From the human T2T-CHM13v2.0 reference genome, Homo sapiens, in NCBI RefSeq assembly GCF_009914755.1, contig NC_060929.1: 64,000 nucleotides of DNA; one strand, 5' to 3'. The notes under the pieces are model-generated. The model ran no database searches and was not told the DNA's origin. It saw only the letters and a list, made by a program, of their open reading frames with translations. This document shows positions 11,452-28,005 of this stretch, in pieces (the stretch's first letter is position 1; each line of letters opens with the position of its first letter). Position numbers and translations under genes: made by a program.

Positions 11452-12784
11452 TTCTTCCCCTTCTGGCCAAGATTTGCCAGAGGCAACATCAATGGCCACC
11501 AAATTTTCATTTTGTCCCATAGTGTTGCTGGGGTGGCATGGCTGCCTGCCCCAGGTACATCCTGTTCCTCAGTGTGACCCCCTCTCTCATATGGTCAAGG
11601 AGCTTAGAGTCAAAAAACTCATAGCCAATTTAAATGTTCTAGGCCAGACAGGAATGGATGTGGGCAGACATTTATTAATACTTAGAAAACAATTTTTTAA
11701 AGTAGAAAGCCAAAAAACAAAAAGCCAAGGGCAAGGTTACAAATATGACTAAGCTACTGTAATGTTGGTTTTAGTTATAGACTTATTGCAATTAGCTATA
11801 CAAAACATAAGTATTGTTAAAACCTTTTAAGCTAAAGAATTTTGGAGACCTTTGTTGTTCTGCAATGCTTTTTGTGCTCTTTTAGTAATTTGTCCTAAGG
11901 TGGCTGATTTTTAAAATATATTTCTATCTGTATAAATCTTATAACTAGGAGTATTATTATACCCAGGAGACTTTTTCACAAGGTTTCTTTATATTCTCTC
12001 AGTAATAATTTTCTTTTAGTTCTACAGGAAGCAGAAAAGTCTTTATGTTTGGGATGGATGGAAAGGTGTCACATAATAGCTCAGAAGGCAAAGTCCTTTC
12101 TTTTACTAGCTGTTTATGCATATGTGTGCCTATCCTTGATTTGGAGGGAGGTTGCTTGTATCATTTTACCAGTAGGATATTTGCAGTGAAAAACAGATCA
12201 GCCCAGTGGGATGCCTAATGAGAGAGATTCACATGTCTAGTCTTTAGAATACCATGATTCTGGTTTCCTTGGAAGTAAAACTATGAGAGATAAATAACAT
12301 TAATATTTTGAAAATCAAAAGAGTATTTGTGCATCAGATCAGCAAATGGAACCTATTCCATTAGGACATTAACTAAACATATGAAGAAAAATTATAATCT
12401 GATACCCTTCAGAAGATTATTGTAGCCAAGAAATAATTTATGATTCAATCTGCACTTAAAAACAAATCAGGGCTGAAATCTAGTAACAAATGTTACACTT
12501 TTCCTTTGAAACAATTTATCTCTTTCTCTAGCCCTCTTTTTCTGCTGAAGAGAAATTATAGTAGGACCAATATGTGTGCAAAATAAGTTTTAAGCTTACT
12601 GTACTTGGCTTAATTATTTGTATAGAACGCAGCAAGTATTGATGGGCTATATAGGCTCTGTTTAAGTTGGCTTTGCTGGAACTTAACCTAAACATATGTT
12701 ATTCTAGTCAAAGACTAGGTAAAATTTCCCATCTCCAATTGTTCTACCTTAGAAGAAAAGACTCTTATTAAAAGATGCAAATGA

Positions 12785-13106
<322 letters not shown>

Positions 13107-13559
13107 TCATAAAATCATGAACAGTTTCCAAATTGGAGGGAACTCAGATAGACAGAAAGGCAAATTTGCTCACAAAAACTTACTTCACCCAAATTCTAAA
13201 AACCATAAATAACTCAAAAGATTTCCTTGACTTTTCTTTAACCAGAGCAGCAGCTTTCCAAACAAGATGTCATTTGTTCACCCTGAAACTGTCATTCACA
13301 AGCCAAGCAGCTCTTGTCAGATGAGAGCACTGTAGAATCCAGCAGTCACTGTAGAACCTAGTAGCTCCTCATATAGTTAGAATCAGTCCTAGGGGAAAAG
13401 AAGACTCCCTACTCATGAGTGTCTCCCTCTTCCATTCCCAGGTAGCAAGATCCAATGTAAATCACTTTTATTTTATCATGTAACTATTTTAGATAACATT
13501 ATTTCCATTAGCATAGGGATAGCTTCAATTAACATTCCAGAGCAAGGCAGTAAATGCCC

Positions 13560-14150
13560 CTTAAGTGGAAATTCTTTAGTCCAGTAGTTGTCATTGGAAA
13601 GCGTTCACAATCTTTTGCCATAAGCCCCAATAAATATTCTGCAAAGGGCCATGAAGTGGAGGATTTGTCCCAACAAGCACTGCAGCCTCTACCCTGTATT
13701 CTGCAGGATCAGGCAATCCTACTAGTTCCCATTTAATGTGTCCAATTAACATTTTTCAAAGGGAAGATTTACATGCCTTCAGTTTTAGAGTATCAGATAG
13801 GGGAGATATCCCCCAGTCACATACAGTCCCCATTTTCATAAGACATTTAGGTAAAGGAGTCACAACTGCCATACATAAAGTCTGCTTAAACATCTCAAAT
13901 TTTATAACCTTATCAAAGTGTACATTTTTTGGTCTGGTCCCAGGAACTTTTCTAGCTTCAAACAATTTTACCTTTTCTGGTGAAAAAAGATTTGGGTTCC
14001 CAGCAGAGAGTTGAGTCAAAGACCCTTTTGTCAATCTTTGTCTTAATTTGTCTCAACATTGCTCCATGAAATGTCAGCTTTGTCATTGTAACTTTTGCCT
14101 TTGGATTTTTCTTAAATTTCCCCTTCTGGGGCAAATACCCCAAACTGGTG
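13560..14150 (-). pseudogene. Degenerate protease/pol-like remnant of MER4-int
   Basis: Minus ORF 13756-14034 (..EMFKQTLCMAVVTPLPKCLMKMGTVCDWG) resembles the C-terminal half of a retroviral protease. No catalytic motif visible. Confidence 0.4.
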
Positions 14151-14563
14151 TGGGAACCTTTAATGTTGGGTGATCAGCAGGGGTTCCCTTTGGTCCACAC
14201 ACACAACATTGAATACTGTTGTAAAGACCTTTGTTTTATTTATTTTATTTCTTAATAACCATCTAAAATTTTCCACCACACTTCTGAGGTGAGTCCTTTG
14301 ATTCCCTTTTGCTTTTCCCATTTTTCTATTTTTTTAATTACCCTAATGTTTTATCAAGTATCTGTAAGACCCATGAGGGAGAGTAAATTTGATAAGGTTT
14401 CTCAAATAGTTGTATGATTCTGTGGAAGTAATGTCACCTGAGGTGTCCATGTAAAAGGGGTCCCCTTAACCCCAACATTGACCATGACCTGGGTAACAGG
14501 CATATTCAGTGGGAGATTATCTCAGTCATCATAAAGCCAGTCACACATGGCTTGCATATGAAG

Positions 14564-16933
14564 TGTGAAAGGAAAGTAAATCTCAGGACCTCAAAATCAC
14601 TAAGCCAAGGGAAAAGTCAATCTGGCAACTGCATCAGTCAAAACCGCCTCCCATTTTATTCCTAAATAAGATAGCTACAAAGATAAAAAGCTACATGCTT
14701 CCCTCACAATTTGACCACAAGGAAATTCTTTGTGAACAAAGGACAGACAGAACTCAAAGTCATCCCCCCTGCTCAGGTGATACAAATACATATCTGATTG
14801 CTTCCTTTGCCCTATTATTTCACTAAGCCAGACTAAGGCGTGACTGTTCCTGTAAATTTCATATTCAGTAAAAGGCTAATCAGAAACTCAAAATAATTCC
14901 AACATTTGTCTTTTTTCCACCTATAACCTGGAAGCTCCCTCTCTGCTTTGAATTGTCCCACTTTTCCAGACTGAACCAATGTACATTTTGGATATATTGA
15001 CTGATGTCTCATGTCTCTGTAAAATATATAAAACCAAACCAACCCATACCACTGATAGCAACAGGAGTCAAACAAATACGCAGGCAGATGGGGAAGGTCC
15101 CCAGGGAAACCGCACCTTCAAGCCAAAAAAACAGGCTGAAGGCAGAAAGGGATGAAAACCATAACCCACAGTGGAAACTTCTGTTCCTCTTTGCCCACTG
15201 TTTCTTGATTGAATTTTTCTGAACAGTGATTTAACCAATCAAATGTTGCCTTTTCTGGTACTACCTATGGCCTGCCCCTCCCGTATTCTGAGCTGATAAA
15301 AGCCCTGGACTCAGTCACACTAGGGGAATCTTTCCTGTCTTTGAGTAGGGGGACCACCCCCACATCCCCTCTCCGTGGAAAGCTGTTTCATCACTCAATA
15401 AAATTCGCTGCCTTGCTCACTCTTCGATTGTCAGTACAGCCTCATTCTTGGACACTGGACAAGAGTTTGGGACCCACCAAGTGCAGGTATCCAGAAAGGC
15501 TGTCAAGCTGGACTTTTGCCCTAGCCTGCAGAGGGCAGCCACCCTATGTGGCAGGGCCAGGGGCTGACTGAGCTGCTAACATGCCACTGTCCATTGGGCT
15601 GTGGACGGCAGAACTAAAAGAACTAATTTGCATACTAACACCCCCTCTGGGGTTTCAGGGTCACAGGCACCCTTTCACCTGATCTGGCTGCAGGCCCTGC
15701 ATGGAGCTTGCTCTTATGCTGCACTCAAAGTGGCTTGCCAGATCCAATATGAATCACTCATGTGCTCCCTCCTGCAAGGGGATGAGGAGGGCAGGCCAAG
15801 TAGATGGGGCACCCCTGATGCAAGGCCAGAAAAGGGGCCAAGAGAAAACTTCTGAGTCATTTTGGGAGCTCATCCAGGATGCCTGAAAGCTGAGTAAATG
15901 TGGACCTAGACCCTTCACTTTTCTTCAGAGGCTTCTTATCCTAAGACTTTATTCTAAAGGCAGATGAAGCACCAAACCTCTGACTACCCAGTTGAAAGTG
16001 AACAGTGCAGCTACAAAGGACAGGATGTGACCCTGATACCTCACTCTCTTTTAGGTGAAAGGAATGTTGGCTTTGTTTCCCTTCATGGAGGTCTAGCCAT
16101 CATGTGGGACCAGAATAATGTCTTGCGGCAACTGAATGCTTCTGGCCATGACTACACCCTTGGTCTGGTCCCAGGAACTTTTCCAGCTTCAGAAAATTTT
16201 ACCTTTTCTGGTGAAAAAGGTGTTGTCAGAAGACTCTTAGACTTGCTCCATCCCCAACTGCTCATTAGGGCATCAGCCAAGACTCCCAGACTTTTTAATG
16301 GTATTTTTCCTTCCTTCTTTCACAGTTTGAATTAGCTCCTATCTGTTCTTTTTTTTTTATAATGTTAAGAGTGTTGCTGCAAACTGTGGAGATATTCCTG
16401 GGTAGAATGAGCATTTGTCCCAGCCATCAGATATGCAATTCACAACAACGTGGTTTCCATCTTTTGAGGAGGGAACAGTGATTGAGAGTTTTTCTTCTGT
16501 TGAAGGAACCCATTTGCATAGAGCAAGAGGCTTTTTCCCCCAGGAATATCCCCCAACCCTGCACTTAAGCTGTTTTTGTTTTCTTTTCTGCATGTCAGTA
16601 GTTAACACAGCCCTACAAATACAAGGAGATTTTCTATGCAAAAGTTTTTTTTTTTTCCTTTAGAAGGCATCTTACTAGGTTAGGTCCCCAATTCTCCTTT
16701 TCCTTTCCCTTGTTTGAGGAAGACTCAGTTCCACAGCTTCACCTTAGCATTCAGCTTAGATGGGGCCCCCCTGCTGTGAGTCCAGCAAAGGGGCTGAGAG
16801 AAAAATCCTGCATCACCACCTTGGGCACATGTTGTCATGACCTCCTGAGGCTATGTCATGGGCACATCCTTAACTTCGGCAAAATAAACTTTCTAAATTA
16901 ATTGAGACCTGTCGCAGATACTCTTTATTTGCA
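14564..16933 (+). mobile_element. MER4A solo LTR (pieces 14564-15052 and 16816-16933) inserted antiparallel into MER4-int
   Basis: TGTGAAAGGAAAGTAAATCT...CAAAATCACTAAGC start. Resumes CCACCTTGGGCACATG...AATAAAC...GCA. TSD GAAG/GAAT. Confidence 0.85.
15053..16815 (+). mobile_element. Internally deleted ERV1 provirus, LTR27/LTR28-like: 5' LTR 15053-15859, tRNA-Pro-type PBS, ~0.9 kb leader, ~50-bp 3' LTR stub
   Basis: TG...CA ends with perfect TSD CCAC (15049-15052, 16816-16819). PBS TGGGAGCTCATCCAGGAT resembles TGGGGGCTCGTCCGGGAT. The LTR end motif GAGAAAA.T.CTG..TCA occurs at both 15859 and 16815. Confidence 0.8.
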
Positions 16934-18081
16934 GAATCATATCAGCTGCTTCATCTGGGGTGCTCCACTCTGCATTTTATAGAGGGAGTTGGGCAGTCCC
17001 CTACTAAGAGTAAGCAGATGTTACAGTGGTGTTTATTCAGTACATTGGGCTGGTTGTTCTCTGAGGAATAACCTCCCATGCCCCTGGATCACATATACTT
17101 ATCAGTGATTGTTTAATCATGGGTCCTGCATCAACCCAAATGTGCTATTTCATTCTGTTGCATTTAAAATTAAGGATACATCCTTAAAGTAGTATTTTTG
17201 CAATCCATTGTATAGTAAAGATTTCTCAGGAGGTTGATGATACCAATCTACAAAATGGAAACATTTTTTTATACCTTCTGGTTTTAATAGTTACTGGATT
17301 TTTCCCTTCCCCCACATTGACTATTTTTTAATAACAACAGGTCTCAGAGGTAATTTTTGTTGCCCTGGCTTAATTTTTCCTTTTGTGGGTAGCTTTGGGG
17401 CTAGTGGCCTAAGCTGAGACAAACCCACATCTGAGCTTGGTGCAGCCTTAAGGCCCAACATAGCAATCTTACTTTCATTTTAGCTATTACAGATAACAAT
17501 AACCATGAGATTAAATATTTTGCTTTTTTCTTATTAGTTTGCATTTCCTTGTACACTCAGTGGAATAACTCCCTGTGAGTATGGGTATGACTTTAAATTA
17601 AGTTCGTAACTTTCATTAATTAAGTTCGTACCTTTAGTAACTGAATGCAGCCCAGCTGCAGCTCCATAAGATGGGTGACTACGTGGCCACCTAAAAGACA
17701 AGGTTTCTCATTTCCCACTTTTTAATTTTTCATTTTATTCATTTAGATTTATCTATTATAACATTTGCTTTCATTTAAAAGTGACTCAAATAGTCTGTAA
17801 ACTAGAAAAAATTGCATTTTCATTAGCAAAATCCACATCCTTGTGTTTTTATAAACTTCACCTCCTACTTTTTTTACCCTCCTAATATTTTAACTTTTAG
17901 TAACCCAAATTCCAATGGAAAAAAAACCCATTACTTAACATGACTTTAAGATTTTAAACTACTGGAGAGAATTTTGAGATGAAATATACCAAATTAGTCT
18001 TACCAAAGATTACCAAGATAATGTGCATAGAAAGGCCGCTGAGCTAGCTTCTATCAACCTCATGAGCACTTACTTTTCTTT

Positions 18082-18174
18082 CAGGGGTATCTAACCTTTT
18101 GGCTTCCCTTGGCTACATTGGAAGGAGAAGAAGAAGAAGAGAAAGAAGAAGAAGAAGGAGGAGGAGGAGGAGGA

Positions 18175-18220
<46 letters not shown>

Positions 18221-18415
18221 GAGGAGGAGGAGGAGGAGGAGGAGAAGGAGGAGGAGGAGGAGGAACTTTCTTGGGCTACACAAAATACACTAACACTAAA
18301 ATAGCTGATCTAAAAAAAAATCACAAAAAACATACTGTTTAAAGAAAGTTTACAAATTTGTGTTGTGTTACATTCAAAGCCATGCTGGGCCACAAGCATG
18401 GGTTGGATAAACTTA
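18082..18415 (+). mobile_element. MER30 hAT-Charlie DNA transposon with internal microsatellite expansion
   Basis: CAGGGGT.TC.AA.CTTTTGGCTTCCCT.GG..ACATTGGAAG ... AAAATACACTAACACTAA ... AAGAAAGTTTACAAATTTGTGTTG ... GGGTTGGATAAACTT. Confidence 0.88.
18120..18265. repeat. (GAA)n/(GGA)n pure-purine tract, ~145 bp
   Basis: Seen directly. Confidence 0.97.
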
Positions 18416-19663
18416 CTTTAAGCCAATAGATTAGAGCTCTTTCATATAGTTTGGTAGTGAAATATTGCTTCTACATGATACATGCAAACATATAGACAGA
18501 ACAGACATACAGACAAAGGCAGATCCAACAGATTTTTCATTTGCCTGTTTTCAAGAATTTATCTTCCTTATTTTAGATTATTAATTTAAAAAATAAGTTA
18601 CAAGAACCAAGAGAGGGTGAAGGAAGAGAGTTACCATCCTCAACCTTTTCAAAAAAGAAAGAGCTTAGGCAGCAGGGTACAGTAGAAGGTGAACTTCTAG
18701 GATATCAACCTGAAGAATTTAAAAAAGAAACAGATTAGAGAATTTAAAAATTGAAAACTTCTTGCATTAGGAGTAAGCCAGTATTTTCAATAAAATCTTG
18801 TTTAACCAATTCTTTTGTTTGTGTTAGTGTATTTTTAATATCAAAGTTCAATTTATAGAAAGACTATTATAATTTCTTTTTAATTATACCTGACTTAATT
18901 ATATAACTTTTTTCAGAATAAATTCCCTTTTTACTAATTTAATTATGACTTACACTGACCATTCACGGCATGCTTGGACTTTCTATTCTTTTTTCCTAAA
19001 TCTCTCTCTTTCTTGAACAACGGGTCATTTTATTTTAGGACAAAAAATTCATCACACAATGTTTTTATAAATATCACATTATTTTTCTTTTAACCTGTCT
19101 TACCAAAAATACTTCTTTATATCTATAATTTTCCTTGTGTCTAGGATCAGGAATCATTTCCTGATTCCTTTTCCCTTGTTTTATATATAAACTTTTAATC
19201 AGAGAAAAATATTTACCTTTTCCATAAGAACACATTTTTCAAAATGTTTTCTTATAATTTTTAAATTGGAAATTACCCAATCATTTAATTAACATCTATA
19301 TTTAATATAGCCTTAAATTTTAAATTATATGAAAACTGTGTTTATAAGCATTCCATTACATTTACTTGATTAATTTATTTGGTAGTTTACCTATATTATT
19401 TATGGAGAATGTGATAGTCATCATTCAAAGTTATTTCCCTGTTAACCATTTTTTAAAATTATAATTTAACTTCTGAGATACATGTGCAGAAGGGGCAGAT
19501 TTGTTACATAGGTATACATGTGACATGGTGGTGTGCTGCACCTATCAACCAGTCATCTACATTAGGTATTTCTCCTAATGCTATCCCTCCCCTTGTCCCC
19601 CACCCCCACTAACAGGCCCCAGTATGTGATGTTCTCCTCCCTGTGCCCATATGTTCTCATTGT

Positions 19664-23486
<3,823 letters not shown>

Positions 23487-23549
23487 TATGATGCTAGCTG
23501 GTTATTTTGCCCATTAGTTGATGCAGTTTCTTCATAGTGTTGATGGTCT

Positions 23550-24545
23550 TTACCTTTGGGTATGTTTTTGCAGTGGCTGGTACTGATTTTTCCTTTCCAT
23601 ATTTAGTCCTTCAGGTGCTCTTGTAAGGCAGGCCTGGTGGTGACAAAATCCCTCAGCATTTGCTTGTCTGTAAAGGATTTTATTTCTCCTTCACTTATGA
23701 AGCTTAGTTTGGCTGGATTTGAAATTCTGGGTTGAAAATTATTTTATTTAAGAGTATTGAATATTGGCCCCCACTCTCTTCTGGCTTGTAGGGTTTCTGA
23801 AGAGAGATCCACTGTTAGTCTGATGGAGTTCCCTTTGTGGGTAACCCGACCTTTCTCTCTGGCTGCCCTTAACATTTTTTTCTTCATTGCAACCTTGGTG
23901 AATCTTATGATTATGTGTCTTGGGGTTGTTCTTCTCGAGTATTTTTGTGGTGTTCTCTGTATTTCCTGAATTTGAATGTTGGACTGCCTTGCTAGGTTGG
24001 GGAAGAGTGTTTTCCAACTTGGTTGCATTCTCCCTAACACTTTCAGGTACACCATTCAAACATAGGTTTGGCCTTTACACATAGTCCCATATTTCTTGGA
24101 GGCTTTGTTCATTCCTTTTAATTCTTTTTTCTGTAATCTTGTCTTCACACTTTATTTCATTAAGTTGATCTTCAATCTCCGATATCCTTTCTTCCATTTG
24201 ATCAATTCTGCTGTTAATACTTCTGTATGATTCACGAAGTTCTGATGCTGTGTTTTTCAGCTCCATCAGGTCATTTATGTTCTTCTCTAAACTGGTTATT
24301 CTAGTTAGCAATTCCTCTAACCTTTTATCAAGGTTCTTAGCTTCCTTGCATTGGGTTAGAACATGCTCCATTAGCTTAGAGGAGTTCGTTATTACCCACC
24401 TCCTGAATTCTACTTCTGTCAATTGGTCTAACTCATTTTCTGCCAAGTTTTGTTCCCTTGCTGGCGAGGAGTTGTGATCCTTTGGAGGAGATGAGGTGTC
24501 CTGGTTTGTGGAATTTTCATCATTTTTGCACTGTTTTTTCCTCAT
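23550..24545 (-). pseudogene. L1 ORF1, fragmented
   Basis: ORF fragments MRKKQ..SSPAREQN..NEQSLQEIWDYV and PRHIIIRF..MLRAAREKG..LQARREW. Confidence 0.92.
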
Positions 24546-26744
24546 CTTCATGGATTTATCTACCTTTGGTCATTGCTGTTGGTGACCTTCAGATGGAGTT
24601 TTTGTGTGGTCATCCTTGTTATTGATGTTGGTGCTATTGCTTTCTGTTTGTTAGTTTTCCTTCTAAGAGGCCCCTCTTCTGCAGGTTTGATGGAGGTTGC
24701 TGGGGGTCTACTTTAGACCCTGTTTGCCTGGGTATCACCAGCAAATTCTGCAGAACAGCAAAGATTGCTGCCTGCTTCTTCCTCTGGAACCTGCATCCCA
24801 GAGGGGCACCCACCAGATGCCAGCTGGAGCTCTCCTGTATGAAGTGTCTGTCAACCCCTGCTGGGAGGTGTCTCCCAGTTAGGAGGCACGGTGGTCAGGA
24901 ACCCACTTGAGGAGGCAGTCTGTCCCTTGGCAGAGCTCAAGCACTGTGCTGGGAGATCCACTGCTCTCTTCAGAGCTGGCAGGCAGGAACACTTAAGTTT
25001 GCTGAAGCTGTGCCCACAGCTGCCCCTTCCCCTAGGTGTTCTGTCCGAAGGAGATGGGAGTTTTATCTACAAGCCCCTGACTGGGGCTGCTGCCTTTCTT
25101 TCAGAGATGTCCTGGCCAGAGAGGAGGAATCTAGAGAGGCAGTCTGGCTACAGTGGCTTTGCCAAGCTGTGGTGGGTTCTGCCCAGTTTGAAATTCCCAG
25201 TGACTTTGTTTACACTGTGAGCATACAACTGCTTACTCAAGCCTCAGTAATGGCAGACACCCCTCCCACCACCAAGCTCAAACATCCCAGGTTGACTTCA
25301 GACTGATGTGCTGGCAGTAAGAACTTCAAGACAGTGGATCTTAGCTTGCTGGGGCCCATGGGGGTGGGATCCACTGAGCAAGACCAGCTGGCTCCCTGGC
25401 TTCAGCCCCCTTTCCAAGGGAGTGAACAGTTCTGTCTTGCTGGCATTCCAGGTGCCACTGGGGTATGAAAAAAAACCGCTGCAGCTAGCTCAGTGTCTGC
25501 CCAAATGGCCGCCCAGTTTTGTACTTGAAACCCAGGGCCCTTGTGCTATAGGCACCCAAGGAAATCTCCTGGTCTGTGTGTTGCAAAGACCATGGAAAAG
25601 TTTAGTATCTGGGCCAGATAATACCATCCCTCACAGCATAGTCCCTCAAAGTTTCCTTTGGCTAGGGGAAGGAGTTCCCTAACTCCTTGTGTTTCCTGGG
25701 TGGGGCAATGCCCCACTCTGCTTCTGCTTGCCCTCCATGGGCTGCGCCCACTGTCTAACCAGTCCCAATGAGATGAACCAGGTACCTTAGTTGGAAATGC
25801 AGAAATCACCCACCTTCTGGATTGGTCTTGCTGGGAGCTGCAGACTGGAGCTTTTCCTACTTGGCCATCTTGCTCGGGAATCCCCCCAGTTAACCATTTT
25901 TATAGCCCATGAATTTTAGATGTTTACTTAAGTAAGAAACTTAAGGTTAAAATGTGGGTATTTTGCCAATAGCTCAGGATTTAGCTGTTTTCATTAAACC
26001 AACAATATTAAATGTTTTATTTATCAAAAATTACACAAGCAAAGATCTTTCTGTTCTGGGCTCAGTTCATTGTTTCATAACCCTCATGGCAACTTTTGAC
26101 ACCTTATAGTATTCTGCAGGGGTAAATATGAACCTTCTTGATCAAAAAATGGAACCAAAAATGCTAACAATTCTTAAGACACTTCTAATATTAATTTACC
26201 AATAATTTTGAAGCCAGACTATTTATTAAAGATTTTACTTAAGTCTCATGAAGCTGAAAAACATTTGAACTTATTATTTAATTTGTGAGTACTCTAACTT
26301 TAAGATAATTCAGTGCCTTGTGGGCAAAACACATAACAAAATACCTGTACATACATATAAACACATACATGCACACTCGTATTAACAAAGATCCTATAGC
26401 TCTTACTTTAGAACTCTAGCCCTGAGATATTAATACAAACTCACTGGTTTGCAAAAATGAACAAACATAAAACAGTTGGATCTCAATAGTGGTTTTTTTT
26501 TTTCTCAGTAGAAAAGTAACAGCAGATTTAAAGCAGACATAAAAGAAAACAGAGAAACGAGAAACTCTAAAGTTGCAGGTCAACATTTGGGCTCTGAATT
26601 TTTTCTTGCAGCAATTTGTCCATCAGTTTAAAATATGCACAAAATACCATTATATGTCCCTTTTATACAAACACTTGTAAGTAGAGGTGCCATAAAACCA
26701 ATGGGATACCTGAAAGGTATATTTGTTCCCCATTTCTTTACGTT

Positions 26745-26761
26745 TCTCCTTTTCTTTTTTC

Positions 26762-26809
<48 letters not shown>

Positions 26810-26813
26810 TTTT
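26745..26813. repeat. (TTTC)n microsatellite
   Basis: Seen directly. Confidence 0.95.
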
Positions 26814-27320
26814 GGAGGTACTGAGCTATGGCCTAGGGTTTATTATAGAGGTACAAGTGTGCTGATTGTAGGTGGGACTTCATAGTGTGTCACCACTGAG
26901 TGTTTCACCTGTCTTATGTGTCTCAGTTTCTCTCTTAGGACATCTAGAACCTCAGAGAGGGCTCAAAACATTAAGTGATCAGCTCTTAAATGTGTTTCCT
27001 GAACAAGCCTTTATAACTAATTTTGTTGGGGGTTCCCTGTGAGAAAAAGCAATGGAGAAGAACCTTTAGAATGCACCTCTGAACTAGAATTAGGATCCCA
27101 AACAACTACTTCCTAGGAGCAAAAAAAGAAAACAATAGCTCAGAATAAATGAAGGACTCTCAACCAACGGGGGGGCCAGGGCTCAGGAGAACTTACCAGT
27201 TCCACCAGAGGAGAAGCTCAAAGTCAGGGAGGGCTTTCAGTGGGTCCCTGCTGGTACCTTAGTTACAAATTTGGAGACCTGAGTCTTGCCTAAGACCCCA
27301 TATGTTTGGTGCCAAATTAT

Positions 27321-27912
27321 TGTCAAGGAAAAGAGTCAAACTGTGTGAAATACTTGAAGAGATTTATTCTGAGCCAAATGTGAGTGACCAATGGCCCATG
27401 ACACAGCTCTCAGGAGATCCTGAGAACATGTGCTCATGGTGGTTGGGGTACAGCTTGGTTTTATATATTTTGGGAAGACACGAGACATCAGTCAATCCAT
27501 GTAAGAGGGACATTGGTTTAGTCTGACAAGGCAGAACAACTGGAAGTGGGGGCTTCCAAGTCATAGGCAGATTAAAAAATCCTCTGATTGACAATTGATT
27601 GAAAGAGTTACTATCAATAGAAAGGAATGTCTGGGTTACAATAAGGGTTTGTGGAGACTATGGTTTTATTATGCAGGTGAAGCTTCCAGGTAGCAAGCTT
27701 CAGAGAAAATAGATTGTAACTATTTCTTATGAGACTCAAGGATTCTGTTCTATTAGTAATTCCAAAAGGGAGGGGAATATACTGAGGCATGTTCAACTCT
27801 CCTTTCCATCATGGCTTGAACTAGTATTTTAGGTTAGTTTTGGAATGCCCTTGCCAAGAGGGAGGATCCATTCCGATGGTTGGGGGACTTAGAATTTCAG
27901 TTTTGTTTTAGA
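27321..27912 (-). mobile_element. MER4-group 5' LTR
   Basis: Colinear with 10860-11451. Followed on the minus strand by the PBS-like TGGCACCAAACATATGGGG. Confidence 0.88.
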
Positions 27913-28005
27913 CTTCCCAAAGACCCCACTCTCTAATATAATCACATTGGGGGTTAAGATTTTTGCATATGAATTTTTTGAGGACAAAAACATTCAGTTC
28001 ATAAT
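27913..28005 (-). mobile_element. MLT1A/B-like LTR, right piece
   Basis: CCCAAAGACCCCAC..ATCACATTGGGGGTTAAGATT..CATATGAATTTT..AACATTCAG. Confidence 0.8.

Noticed and set aside
17596-17630. AATTAAGTTCGTA repeated at 22-bp spacing (similar short repeats at ~37702 and ~40962)
   Set aside because: Ordinary short slippage duplications with no further structure.
18099-18342. Poly-Arg and poly-Glu/Gly ORFs
   Set aside because: They are translations of the GAA/GGA microsatellite inside MER30, not genes.
24697-25809. Cluster of 60-124 aa ORFs
   Set aside because: They are the GC-richer L1 5' UTR read in several frames. I cannot support an intact ORF0.
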